Part shown: positions 50,559 to 60,581 of the stretch, piece after piece
Layout of the letters: every line of letters starts with the position of its first letter
Position numbering within the stretch: position 1 is the first letter of the stretch
Assembly (NCBI GenBank): GCA_963817895.1
Contig: CAWFQB010000005.1
Coordinates: 640,001-704,000 of the forward strand
From: an uncultured Chthonomonadaceae bacterium
GTDB lineage: Bacteria > Armatimonadota > Chthonomonadetes > Chthonomonadales > Chthonomonadaceae
Direction of reading: 5' to 3'
Length of the DNA stretch: 64,000 nt
Translations under genes and position numbers: made by a program
Notes under the pieces: generated by a model
The model's input: only the letters and a program-made list of their open reading frames with translations
The model's database searches: none
What the model was told of the DNA's origin: nothing

Positions 50559-50867
50559 ATGCAGCACGATTTTTATCTGCCCTCCGCTTCCGAGCAGGAG
50601 GGAATGTGGCAGCCCCTTGCTACTGCGCTTCCACTGGAACCGGGCAAGCGCCTGTGCGAACAGCACTTCTTAAAACGCTGTCGCACACTTTTGCAGCGGC
50701 TTCCCCTTGAACAGCAGAAACAGGTTTCCTTTAACACGCTGGAATCCATTTCGCTTCAATGGAAAGTGCTGGAATCGGGCGAACAGGAGGGTCATCTGAA
50801 TACAAAACTGCCCGAACTGTTGAACCCTCTCGCCAATCTAAACTACAAACTGCGCCCAACGGCCTAG
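50559..50867 (+). CDS. Hypothetical protein, possibly with an upstream TDTKTG-repeat extension
   Basis: Divergent from GH57; frame stays open upstream through 18-bp repeats to a GAGAGGT RBS. Confidence 0.55.
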   Translation: MQHDFYLPSASEQEGMWQPLATALPLEPGKRLCEQHFLKRCRTLLQRLPLEQQKQVSFNTLESISLQWKVLESGEQEGHLNTKLPELLNPLANLNYKLRPTA

Positions 50868-50873
50868 TAAATC

Positions 50874-50897
50874 GTAGGGGTTCCGCTTGCTGAACCC
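50874..50897. repeat. GTAG-type REP-like palindrome
   Basis: GTAGGGGTTC-CGCTTGCT-GAACCC; a GTAG-like REP also at ~53324-53347. Confidence 0.55.
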
Positions 50898-50940
50898 TCC
50901 TCATAAAGGGGGCTGAACCCTCTGCAATTTCCAATCAGCA

Positions 50941-50974
50941 AAACGCCCGTTCTCCCTGCGAAGAACGGGCGTTT
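50941..50974. terminator. Intrinsic terminator between convergent genes
   Basis: 13-bp stem AAACGCCCGTTCT / AGAACGGGCGTTT with A/T ends. Confidence 0.75.
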
Positions 50975-50995
50975 ATGAATCATCGGTATCAGCGA

Positions 50996-51178
50996 TCAGG
51001 CCGCGATACCGGCTGCCGCGCAGCACTTGCGGTACATGACCGCTTTGCCGGCGGGGGTCAACTGACGAACCACATCCGGTTTGGTGCCACAGATGCGGCA
51101 GGTGATCTGCTGCGTCTTCAGTTCGGCGCGGGCGGTAACGTTGGTTTTGGACGTACCCTTGCTTGCTGCTTTTGCCAT
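50996..51178 (-). CDS. 60-aa basic protein with CxxC and CC (possible Zn binder)
   Basis: GGGAG RBS; downstream terminator; TCRICG...RKCC. Confidence 0.7.
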   Translation of the reverse strand: MAKAASKGTSKTNVTARAELKTQQITCRICGTKPDVVRQLTPAGKAVMYRKCCAAAGIAA

Positions 51179-51377
51179 TGGAATTCTCCCTTGCTACTCG
51201 ATACTTTAGTGTTTCGACGTTTCAGCGACTTCTATAATTAGTATACCACAACCGCGCCGCCCGCGCGTGATAATATCGCGGCGCGTTCGTACATTCGTAC
51301 AAGGAGTTCCGGGCATCAACGCCGAAAGTAACGCCGCAGACAGTCTCGTATACGGGCGGTGTTGAAGGTCAGTTATC

Positions 51378-52196
51378 ATGTCTTTGCTGGTTCGACTGCT
51401 AACGGCGGCGGATGCGCCCCTTCTGGAAGATTTGTACCGCAAGGACCCCCTGCGGTTCCTGACGCCGCGCATGAATCTGGAAGTGTACGGATTTGAGGGG
51501 GCGATGATCCGCGCGTGGGGAGCCTTCACGCCGGACGGACGCGCCCTGAACGGCATCCTGCTGCGTTTCAACAACACGGCTATCATTGCCGATCTGGAGG
51601 GGAGCGCGGCGTCCGCGTTCGCGCCTACGGTTGACGGCGAAACCGGGCTGTTCGGCGTCCGGGGAACCATGGAAACCGTGCGGCGAGTACGCGCGAATTT
51701 GCGCCGCTACACAACAAACGGCCTGGAGCAGAGCGTGTATATGCGGCTGGCCGTTCCGCCCCGCTGCCCGCCCGCAACCCTGCGGCTTGCCCGCCGCGCC
51801 CGCCCGGAAGATCTGGACATGCTGGCCGCGCTTATACGCCGGGGCGTACACGATGTTCCGGACGCGCGACAACGTGCAGGCGAAACTGGCGGAAACGCGC
51901 GTGTTTGTGGTGGAAGAGAACCGTTGAGCGGGCGCACTCCCGCGCGTATTTCCGCCTGCGCCCTGCTCAACATGGAGGGACGCGACGCGGGCTTGATCGG
52001 CGGCGTCTTCACCAACCCCGCGTCGCGGGGCAAAGGCTACGCGGCCGCCTGCACCGCCGCTCTGTGTCTGGACTTGCAGCGCGACGGCAAAATGCCCTGC
52101 CTGTTCTACGAAAACCCCGTCGCCGGTCGCGTGTACCGCCGCCTGGGCTTTGAAGAGATCGGACAGTGGGGCGTATTGTATTTGAATAAGGGATGA
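51378..52196 (+). CDS. GNAT acetyltransferase; compensating frameshifts at ~51835 and ~51925
   Basis: IGGVFTNPASRGKGYA, CLFYENPVAGRVYRRLGF. Confidence 0.88.
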   Translation: MSLLVRLLTAADAPLLEDLYRKDPLRFLTPRMNLEVYGFEGAMIRAWGAFTPDGRALNGILLRFNNTAIIADLEGSAASAFAPTVDGETGLFGVRGTMETVRRVRANLRRYTTNGLEQSVYMRLAVPPRCPPATLRLARRARPEDLDMLAALIRRGVHDVPDARQRAGETGGNARVCGGREPLSGRTPARISACALLNMEGRDAGLIGGVFTNPASRGKGYAAACTAALCLDLQRDGKMPCLFYENPVAGRVYRRLGFEEIGQWGVLYLNKG

Positions 52197-52297
52197 GATA
52201 CGAGATACGAGATAGGAGATACGAGTGGCTTCTCAGGCAACAAAGGCTGTGCAAAGCAGGCATTGACTCGTATCTCCTATCTCGTATCTCGTATCTC
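52194..52297. repeat. Hairpin with (GAGATAC)n / (CGTATCT)n heptamer arms
   Basis: Same unit again at 63807-63896. Confidence 0.85.
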
Positions 52298-52309
52298 CGA
52301 AGGAGACTT

Positions 52310-53195
52310 ATGTATCTTTCCATACGCGACGAGATTGTCTTTGCGGCGGGCTATAAAACGCTGGCTGAAGGATTGCGCGACCTGAACATACGGGGCGTGG
52401 AGTTGTGGGTGAAGCGGGACGATACCGTTCCCGCCATTGCGCCTGAGCGGGACCCGGAGGGCCGCGAACGCGTCTGAATATTGCGTCACAAACCGACATG
52501 GACGAACTGCACGGGCAGGCGCGGGCGGAAGCCGTTCACATCGCCGCGCTGTGCATGGGAACCAATTTCAACGCGCCCGATAAGGCGGCCGAGATCGCCT
52601 GGGCGGTTCGCGCGGTTCAGGCGGCGCAGGCGTTGGGCGCGCCTGCCGTTCGCATTGACGCCGTGATGAGCGGGGAAAAAGATTTGCCTCTGGAACAGCG
52701 GCAGCAGCTTGTGGCGGAAGCGGTTGAGCAAATTCTGGCGCAACCGCGCATACGGGCGTTGATCTGGGAATCGAAAATCACGGCTTTCAGGGCAACGATC
52801 CCGATTTTATCGAGGGCTTGCTGGCGCGCGTCGATTCGCCCCGGCTCGGCCTGACGCTGGATTCCGGCAACTTCTACTGGCGCGGCTGGCCGCTGTCGAA
52901 AGTCTATGAGATTTTCGAGCAGTTCGCGCATCGCGTCAAGCACACGCACATCAAGAACATCGCGTACCCGCCCGAAATGCGCGAAACGCAGCGCGAAATG
53001 GGCTACGAGTACGGCAAATACGTTTCGCCCATCCACGAGGGCGACATAGACCACGCCCGCTACATCCAAATTCTGCACACGGCAGGCTACGACCGCGACA
53101 TCTGCCTGGAAGACGAATCCTTCGGCAAATACACGCCCGAACAGCGCCAGGCCAACCTCCGCGCCGCCGCCGACTTCTTCCGGCCATTGTTGTAA
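52310..53195 (+). CDS. Sugar-phosphate isomerase/epimerase (TIM barrel); frameshifted
   Basis: AAGGAG RBS; GIENHG, LDSGNFYW, HTHIK, GDID, CLEDES spread over three frames. Confidence 0.8.
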
Positions 53196-53500
53196 AGAAA
53201 ATGAAATTGGGAACCGCGCAACACGTAAAATAAACGAAAAAAGACAAAAGGAAAGATAAACCACAGAGGACACGGATATACACGGATAAGAACAACAGAA
53301 AGGCCTAATGAATCAGAAACGGCGGGCGCGATGAATCAAGCCCTTACAACGTTTGTTTGTAATCCTGTGTAATCCTGAAAATCCTGTTAATTCTGTCTAT
53401 TCTCCTTTTCCTTTTGTCCTTTTTTCGTTCATTTCGCGTGTTGCGCGGTTCCCAATTTCATTTTCTCCTTTTCTCCTTTTTCTCCTTTTCTCCTTTTCTT
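53195..53500. repeat. Nested composite palindromic element, copy 2 (inverted), with a central REP-like insert
   Basis: Reverse complement has the same module order as 16682-16960; GGGCGCGATGAATCAAGCCCTTAC in the centre. Confidence 0.8.
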
Positions 53501-53575
53501 CCCCGTGCCGTGTGACTTCTGCGTGGTTGTAGCGTAATAGCAGTGTCATCAATTTTGCGGGGAGGCGGTACGGTT

Positions 53576-54472
53576 ATGGAAAAGCGAGTTTTGGGCAAGA
53601 CGGGCATGGAAGTGAGCGTACTCGGATTCGGGGGCGCGGAAATCGGGTTTCAGGGCGCGGCGGTGGCGACGGTCGAGGCGTTGCTCAACAGCGCGCTGGA
53701 CGCGGGCCTGAACATCATTGATACGGCGGAGTGTTACGCCGACAGTGAAGAGAAGATCGGGCAGACGGTCGGGCATCGGCGCAAAGATTTCTTTCTGTTC
53801 ACCAAATGCGGCCATGCGTCGGGCATTGATCTGCCGGATTGGAGTCCGCAACTGTTGGAGCAGAGCATTGACCGCAGCCTGCAACGCCTGCAAACGGACT
53901 ACGTAGATTTGGTGCAACTGCATAGCTGCTCGGAAGACATTCTGCGCAAGGGCGAAGTGATCGAGGTTTTGCAAAAAGCGCGGACGGCGGGCAAAACCCG
54001 GTTCATCGGCTACAGCGGCGACAACGAACACGCGAAATACGCCATTGAGTGCGGCGCGTTCGACACGCTGCAAACGTCCATCAGTATCGCCGACCAGATC
54101 GCCGTAGACACGATTCTGCCGCTCGCTCAACAGCACGACATGGGCGTGATCGTGAAGCGTCCCATCGCCAACGCGGTCTGGCGTTACGACGCCAAACCGG
54201 ATAACGACTATGTGGTCGCGTATTGGGAACGGCTGCAGGAACTCAAATACGACTTTTTGAACAGCGACGCCAACGACATCACGGGAATTGCCTTGCGCTG
54301 GACATTGAGCCTGCCCGGAGTACATACCGCCATCGTCGGAACCACGCACCCGGAACGCTGGAAAAGCAACGCGCAACTGCTGGAAGCCGGTCCCCTCCCG
54401 CAGGCATTGGAGCAAGCCATCCATGCCCGCTGGAAAGAGGTCAGCGCCCCCGAATGGACCGCGCAAACATAA
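53576..54472 (+). CDS. Aldo/keto reductase
   Basis: LGKTGMEVSVLGFG, IDTAECY, SLQRLQTDYVDLVQLH. Confidence 0.93.
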   Translation: MEKRVLGKTGMEVSVLGFGGAEIGFQGAAVATVEALLNSALDAGLNIIDTAECYADSEEKIGQTVGHRRKDFFLFTKCGHASGIDLPDWSPQLLEQSIDRSLQRLQTDYVDLVQLHSCSEDILRKGEVIEVLQKARTAGKTRFIGYSGDNEHAKYAIECGAFDTLQTSISIADQIAVDTILPLAQQHDMGVIVKRPIANAVWRYDAKPDNDYVVAYWERLQELKYDFLNSDANDITGIALRWTLSLPGVHTAIVGTTHPERWKSNAQLLEAGPLPQALEQAIHARWKEVSAPEWTAQT

Positions 54473-54478
54473 GGGGAG

Positions 54479-54585
54479 ATTACACCACCGAGACACCAAG
54501 TACACGAAGGGGAAAAGGAGGAAAGCCTGCTTGTCTCATCTTTTCCTTGTCTTTCCTGGTGTACTTGGTGTCTTGGTGGTGTAAT
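54479..54585. repeat. Hairpin with CACCACC.AGACACCAAG arms
   Basis: ATTACACCACCGAGACACCAAGTACAC ... GTGTACTTGGTGTCTTGGTGGTGTAAT. Confidence 0.85.
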
Positions 54586-54627
54586 ATATGTGCATACTTC
54601 GTCAGATGTTTCGCTGTCAGGGTGAGT

Positions 54628-55575
54628 ATGAAGATTACGTTTTTAGGAACCGGGGCGGGCAGTCCGAGCCGAACGCGCAACGTCACCAGCATCGCTTTGC
54701 AGCTTCCGCAGCAGGCGCGGCTGTGGATGTTCGATTGCGGCGAGGCCACTCAGCACCAGATATTGCGTTCGCCGCTCCGACTCAGCCAGTTGGAGCGGAT
54801 GTTTTTCACGCATCTGCACGGCGACCATATTTTCGGCCTGCCGGGACTGCTCGCCAGCCGTTCCATGCAGAACGGCGGAACCACGCCCATTACGCTGTAC
54901 GGGCCGCAGGGGTTGGGCGAGTATATCCGGGCGTCGCTGGAACTCAGCCAATCGCATCTCGCTTTTCCCTTAAAAGTGGAAACCGTTCGCGGGGGAAAAG
55001 CAGGCGGCATTTGTACAATTTATGAGGACCAGTGGTACCGCGTGGAGTGCGTTGCGGTCGCGCATCGGGTGGAAGCATACGGCTATGCGGTCGTGGAAAA
55101 GGATCAGACCGGGCATTTCGATGTGGACAAGGCGCGGGACATGGGGATTCCGCCCGGTCCGCTGTACGGCAAACTGAAAAACGGCGGCACGGTCACGCTG
55201 GACGACGGGCGCGTGATTGACGGGAGTAGTTTAATCGGGCCGACAATCAAAGGGCGCAAAGTGGTCTTTTGCGGCGACACGATTTACACGCCCAACGCCG
55301 TAGAACTGGCGCAAAATGCTGACGTGCTGATTCACGAGGCGACATTTTTGCAGGAAGAGTTGATGCAGGCGGAGCGGGCGCGACACTCGACGGCATTGAT
55401 GGCCGCGCAGGTGGCGCAAAAAGCAAACGCAAAAACGCTGATTTTGACCCATTTCAGCGCGCGTTACGAGGCGGGGCAGCGATTGGGCGAACTGCTGGCC
55501 GAAGCGCAGTCCGTCTTCCCGAACACCCTGCTCGCCCACGACTTTCTAACTTATGAAGTATCGCGTGAGGAGTAA
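54628..55575 (+). CDS. rnz: Ribonuclease Z
   Basis: ITFLGTGAG.P, FDCGE.TQ, THLHGDH, GPLYGKLK exosite, GDT, HEATF, HST, THFSARY. Confidence 0.95.
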   Translation: MKITFLGTGAGSPSRTRNVTSIALQLPQQARLWMFDCGEATQHQILRSPLRLSQLERMFFTHLHGDHIFGLPGLLASRSMQNGGTTPITLYGPQGLGEYIRASLELSQSHLAFPLKVETVRGGKAGGICTIYEDQWYRVECVAVAHRVEAYGYAVVEKDQTGHFDVDKARDMGIPPGPLYGKLKNGGTVTLDDGRVIDGSSLIGPTIKGRKVVFCGDTIYTPNAVELAQNADVLIHEATFLQEELMQAERARHSTALMAAQVAQKANAKTLILTHFSARYEAGQRLGELLAEAQSVFPNTLLAHDFLTYEVSREE

Positions 55576-55583
55576 CCTGCCCC

Positions 55584-56117
55584 ATGCAGTTAGAGTATGA
55601 GCTGACGACACAAGATTATATTAATTGCAATCTCAACTATCTCGCTCGAACCCCCTCGGTAAGACGCAGCAAGCAACAGTTCATCGTTGTTCCGTCCCTG
55701 CTCTTTCTGTTTCTTGCCGTATTTAGTGGGCTGACGGATAGTTCTGCCGCAGCCATTCCTTTCTTGCTGCTGGCAGCCGTTTGGTTGGGTATCGCCTTGC
55801 CTTTGTGGAAGCAACACGTAAATTACTACATGAAGAAGTTTATCAAGGCGAGCCGAGAGTATGACCTTTTTGGCAGGCGCACTTTTGAAATCACTCCCAC
55901 AGGATTTATCTCAGCAGGCGAGGATACGAAAGTGGAAATAAAGTGGAAACGAGTGAAAGAGGTAGTTGCTGGCGAACATGGCGTCTACGTGTACATCAGC
56001 CCAAAAGTAGCCCACATTATTCCCAACTCGGCCTTCGTTACCCAAACGCAACGCGAAGAATTTCTGGAAGCCACCATGCGCTATCGGGAGCAGGCGGCAG
56101 GATTAATCACGCTATAA
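55584..56117 (+). CDS. YcxB-family membrane protein
   Basis: Two TM helices, IKW..V, AHIIPNSAF. Confidence 0.75.
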   Translation: MQLEYELTTQDYINCNLNYLARTPSVRRSKQQFIVVPSLLFLFLAVFSGLTDSSAAAIPFLLLAAVWLGIALPLWKQHVNYYMKKFIKASREYDLFGRRTFEITPTGFISAGEDTKVEIKWKRVKEVVAGEHGVYVYISPKVAHIIPNSAFVTQTQREEFLEATMRYREQAAGLITL

Positions 56118-56183
56118 TCCCCGTCTATTATTTTGTGGACAAAGCCGGTTCTCTCGACTCGGCTAATGCCGAGAGGCTGAGAT

Positions 56184-56684
56184 ATGGCCGGTTTCGCCTT
56201 CAATTTTACGCTTTTGGAACATGGATGGGCAAAAGCGCAGGTGGCTTCATCTGAAAAGGTTCAGCCGTTAAGCGCGTCTTACCTTTCGGACGCGCTCGGC
56301 GATTTGACGCGCAGTGTAATTCGGTTGTTCTGCGCAACTGAACTGGAAACAATAATCTGTTCATGGCAGGAAGAACCGGGAGAATTTCGCTGGATTATGC
56401 GGCGGCCCGGCGAAAACATAGGCCTGCAAATTCGGCTGTTTGACGACGCATTTACACACCGGCGAGATGAAGAAGGGGAGATATTATTTGAAACGCGATG
56501 CTCGCTGCTTCGCATGGCGACACAGGTGCAGAGTCAGTTATATCATGTTCTGATGGAGTTTGGCGAAGAGGGCTATTTGCTGCGCTGGGTGACCTATCCC
56601 TTCCCTATGTCCGAATATCAACAGTTGACAACGCTTATTCAAAAGCATACTGCTAACGCAAAGGCGCGTAGGAAAGTAGCGTGA
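56184..56684 (+). CDS. Hypothetical protein (immunity-protein-like motifs)
   Basis: HGW, SYLSDALGDL, WQEEPGEFRW, W..YPFP; GAGG RBS. Confidence 0.65.
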   Translation: MAGFAFNFTLLEHGWAKAQVASSEKVQPLSASYLSDALGDLTRSVIRLFCATELETIICSWQEEPGEFRWIMRRPGENIGLQIRLFDDAFTHRRDEEGEILFETRCSLLRMATQVQSQLYHVLMEFGEEGYLLRWVTYPFPMSEYQQLTTLIQKHTANAKARRKVA

Positions 56685-56700
56685 CAAAAAGGTAATTCCT

Positions 56701-57237
56701 ATGAAAGTAACCTACGAGTTTACGCCTGAAGACTTTACGCGCCTGAACCAGTATTTTGTCAGGCACGACCCGGATACGCAGCGCAGGAAACGGCGTTCCA
56801 TATGGGGTGTTCCTATGATCTACCTGATTTTAGGTCTGATATGGCTGGCTATGGGAGACGCGGGCTTTCTTATCGGCATGTTGATCGTTGCCCTCGCGTG
56901 GCTGTGCTTCTACCCGCTGTACTGGAATTACTGTACGCGCCGCCGGGTAACGAAGGCGATTACGGAGGCGCGGGAAAGAGGCTATTTCGGGACGCATGAA
57001 GTCACGATTGCCGCCGAAGGCATCACCTCTGTAACGCCGCGAGTCAAAACGGAAATCCAGTGGAGCGGCATCAGCAAAATCACGCCTGCGGAAACGGGCA
57101 TACTCATACATACCGCTTCCACGACCGCCATTCTCGTGCCTGATTCCGCCTTCACGGCCCAAAACACGCGCGAACAGTTTTTAGAGGAGATGATGCGCTA
57201 TCGGGAACAGGCGGCGGGATTAACCGAGACGCTTTGA
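56701..57237 (+). CDS. YcxB-family membrane protein (paralogue)
   Basis: Two TM helices, IQW..I, AILVPDSAF. Confidence 0.75.
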   Translation: MKVTYEFTPEDFTRLNQYFVRHDPDTQRRKRRSIWGVPMIYLILGLIWLAMGDAGFLIGMLIVALAWLCFYPLYWNYCTRRRVTKAITEARERGYFGTHEVTIAAEGITSVTPRVKTEIQWSGISKITPAETGILIHTASTTAILVPDSAFTAQNTREQFLEEMMRYREQAAGLTETL

Positions 57238-57361
57238 AGCTTGGAGGGTTGAAGCAGGGGCGTTAATGTGGGATAATGAAGCAGGCGAAACGCCATTACG
57301 ATGTGGAGCGTAGTACAGACAGGGTTGTTCGGGGTTTTTACGCCCCATGAAACAGGAAAGT

Positions 57362-58541
57362 ATGATGAGCAAGGGAACGGTAGTCGCCGCGATGAGCGGC
57401 GGCGTGGATAGCGCGGTGACGGCAGCCCTCCTGAAGCAGGAGGGCTACGATGTCATCGGCATCACGCTGCAAATCTGGCAGGAACACGCCGATCAGGGCA
57501 AGTACGGCGGGTGCTGTTCGCTCGGCGCGGTCGAGGACGCGCGGCGCGCCGCCGCGAAAATCGGCATTCCGCATTATGTCCTCAACTTCCGCGACTATTT
57601 CGCGGACAAGGTCATCGATAAGTTCGTCGTCCGAGTACAGCAAGGGCCGGACGCCGAACCCCTGCGTGGAGTGCAACCGCAGCGTGAAGTTCGAGGAACT
57701 GCTGCGGCAGGCCGAAAATCTGGGCGCGGACTATCTGGCGACCGGACACTATGCCCGTATCCGCTACAACGAGAACAGCGGGCGCTACGAACTGCTGCGC
57801 GCGCTCGACGACGGCAAGGATCAGTCGTATGCCCTGTTCACGCTCACGCAGAAGTCACTTGAGCAAGACCCTGATGCCGCTCGGCCATCTGTCCGGCAAG
57901 CAGGAGACGCGCCGCATCGCGCAGCGAATGGGGACTCGCGCTCGCCAACAAGCCCGACTCGCAGGAAATCTGCTTCGTGCCGAAAGAGGGCTACGTCTCG
58001 TTCCTGAGCGAGAAAGCGCCCGGCGTCGCTGCGCCCCGGCAAGATCGTGGACACGAGCGGCAAAGTGGTGGGCGAGCATCTCGGCATCGCGTTCTACACC
58101 ATCGGGCAGCGCAAGCGGCTTCCGGCCAGCAATCACGGCCCGCTCTTCGTCGTCGCTCTGGACGCGGACACGAACACGGTCATCGTCGGCACGGACGCGG
58201 AGCTGTTCATGCCCGGTTTTGTCGCGGACAACTGCAACTGGAGCGCGATCAGCAGTCTGGAAGCCGAAATGGAGCGAACTGGCAAGCCCCTTGCCCGTTC
58301 TGGCGAAAATCCGCTACAATGGACAGGCCGCGCCCGCCACATTAACGCTCGGGCAGGAGCCCGACACGGTAGAAGGCGCATTTCGACGACGCCGCAACGC
58401 GCCGTCACGCCCGGACAGGCGGCCGTCTTCTACGGCGGCGAAGGCGAAGACGCGGGCCAGATCGTTCTCGGCGGCGGCACGATCGAACGCGCTGATTTTA
58501 CCGCAACGGGAAGTGGCGAACGTTTGATATGCGCAACTTAA
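57362..58541 (+). CDS. mnmA: tRNA 2-thiouridine(34) synthase; several indels
   Basis: [60 protein letters not shown]...GGGTI. Confidence 0.95.
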
Positions 58542-58972
58542 CAGATGAGGAACAACAACTGGTGGAACGGGCAAGGCAGGCGGCGCAGTCTGCCTACTGC
58601 CCGTATTCGCGTTTTCCGGTGGGGGCGGTGGTCGAGTCGGAGTTGGGGCTGACTACGGGCGTCAATATTGAAAACGCCAGTTACGGTTTGGCCGTCTGCG
58701 CCGAGCGGGTGGCTCTGTTCAGCGCGATTGCGCAGGGCGCGAAACGGTTTACTCGCCTTGTCGTATCCTGTGCCAACGCGAAAGAAAACGATCCGCCCGG
58801 AAGCCGGATGCCATGCGGCGCGTGTCGGCAGGTGATTGCGGAGTTTCTCGCGCCCGATTGCTTCGTCCTGATTGACGGCGTGGGCGCAATGCGGGTTGCC
58901 GATCTGTTGCCGCAGCCGTTTCAACTGGAACAGCATCCGTTTCTGGACACAGCCGCGCATCTTGCGGAATAG
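58529..58972 (+). CDS. cdd: Cytidine deaminase (homotetrameric type)
   Basis: AYCPYSRFPVGA, NIENASYG, CAER, PCGACRQ. Confidence 0.95.
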   Translation: MRNLTDEEQQLVERARQAAQSAYCPYSRFPVGAVVESELGLTTGVNIENASYGLAVCAERVALFSAIAQGAKRFTRLVVSCANAKENDPPGSRMPCGACRQVIAEFLAPDCFVLIDGVGAMRVADLLPQPFQLEQHPFLDTAAHLAE

Positions 58973-58997
58973 CGGAACAGAGCGGGAGGATTGAACC

Positions 58998-59649
58998 ATG
59001 ACAGCGCAAATGCCACGCGAAGCGACCATTGAAGACCTGTACCGGGTTACCGACGATATGAAAGCCGAACTCGTCTGCGGAGAGATTGTTCTGATGCCCC
59101 CTACTGGAGAGGAACCTGGCTACGCCGGGGATGCTGTAACCGTTTCGCTGTGGCAACATGTTCGTCAGACGCAAAGCGGTCGGGCGGTGGGAGACAACAA
59201 AGGCTTTCACGTCAGCCTGCCTAATCGCAAGTCATTCAGTCCGACAGCAGCATTTTACACCGGGCCGCGTACCGGCATGAAAATTTTCAACGGCGCACCC
59301 AATTTTGCCGTCGAAGTGCGCAGTGAAGAACGATTACGGGCTGGCGGAAGAGCGGAAAATGGCTGCGAAACACGCGGATTATTTCGCGGCAGGTACGCTT
59401 GTGGTTTGGGATGTGGATTTATTGAGCGAAGATGTTGTTAAAAAATACACGGCTGCCGATCCCGCCAATCCGACTCTCTTCCGGCGCGGGGAAGTGGCGG
59501 ATGCCGAACCTGCCGTACCCGGCTGGACAATGCCGGTGGATGATCTGTTTGGGCAGGGAGTAGGGAGTAGGGCAATGCGCGAGTTGAACACGGTCCTCCT
59601 ACTCCCTACAACCTACTCCCACCTTGAGGAACTTGTATCGTGGCGCTGA
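58998..59649 (+). CDS. Uma2-family endonuclease; frameshift near 59328
   Basis: KAELVCGEIVLMPP, APNFAVEVRS, DYFAAGTLVVWDVD, AEPAVPGW. Confidence 0.85.
59551..59622. repeat. Short hairpin with (GGGAGTA)n / (CTACTCC)n arms
   Basis: Overlaps the read-through tail of the Uma2 frame. Confidence 0.65.
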
Positions 59650-60236
59650 CGATTAACATACTTGTGATTATTCTGCTGTGCAGTTCCATTGTTGCCGTGA
59701 TACGGCTGTGGAGCGTGTTGGGCAGCGCGCGAACCACACTTGCCAATCTGGAAGAAACGCGGATGGAAGCCAACGAAACCCTGAAACGGCTGGCGGAAGT
59801 GTCCGCTTCTACCGATAAAATCATGCGGGAAGAGGTTGCGCCGACATTGCGGCAGACGCGCGCCACGCTGGAAAATGTGGAAGTCACGACCCGCGCATTG
59901 GCGCAAACCACGCAGAGCATCCGCCGCTTGACCGGGCGGGCGGAAAGCGTGACTACGGCGCAGAAACTGCTCTCGCTCGGCGGGGCGGTGGCGCAAAACG
60001 TGTTCGCGAACAAGACCAATAAAACGAACGCGAACGCCGCGCCCGCGTCTGCCCCTACGGGCATGGGACTGGCGTTTGCGGTCGCGCGAACGCTGCTGTC
60101 GCGGCGGCATAAGGCCGAAAAGACAGAACCCGCGCAACCGGCAAGGATGGGACTGGAAGCGTCGAACGAGATTGCCGTGTTGCCGCCCGCCCTGGACGAG
60201 AGCCGCGTACTGACAGTCGGCAAAGATACCCGGTGA
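59640..60236 (+). CDS. DUF948-like membrane-anchored coiled-coil protein
   Basis: N-terminal TM helix plus coiled coil; precedes a YtxH gene. Confidence 0.65.
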   Translation: MALTINILVIILLCSSIVAVIRLWSVLGSARTTLANLEETRMEANETLKRLAEVSASTDKIMREEVAPTLRQTRATLENVEVTTRALAQTTQSIRRLTGRAESVTTAQKLLSLGGAVAQNVFANKTNKTNANAAPASAPTGMGLAFAVARTLLSRRHKAEKTEPAQPARMGLEASNEIAVLPPALDESRVLTVGKDTR

Positions 60237-60283
60237 GTAGTTGGTAGTGAAGTAAATCCATTCAAAGAAGGAGAGAAAAGACT

Positions 60284-60565
60284 ATGAGTTATGGCGAGGA
60301 AGAGCGCAATGTCGCGGTAGGCGTGTTGGCGGGTATCGGTATTGGCGTACTGGTGGGGGCGGCAGCCGCCCTGATGCTCGCGCCCAAGACCGGCGAAGAG
60401 ACGCGCGACGACGTGAGCAAGTCTATCAACGACCTGAGCGACAAGGTGAGCGAACTGGGCAAAAGCCTCAGTTACAAAGTGTCCACTGCGGTTGACAGGA
60501 CGCGGGCGCAAATGGCGCAGAAACTCGGTGACGTGACCGGTGAAAACGAAGAGGCAGCCCATTAG
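60284..60565 (+). CDS. YtxH domain protein
   Basis: GVLVGAAAALMLAPKTGEETR. Confidence 0.9.
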   Translation: MSYGEEERNVAVGVLAGIGIGVLVGAAAALMLAPKTGEETRDDVSKSINDLSDKVSELGKSLSYKVSTAVDRTRAQMAQKLGDVTGENEEAAH

Positions 60566-60581
60566 GCAGGTTCCTCGCATT

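Noticed and set aside
54223..54627. N-terminal extension of RNase Z in the 450-aa ORF
   Set aside because: Chance open frame through the AKR 3' end and a hairpin repeat; the family start is MKITFLGTG at 54628
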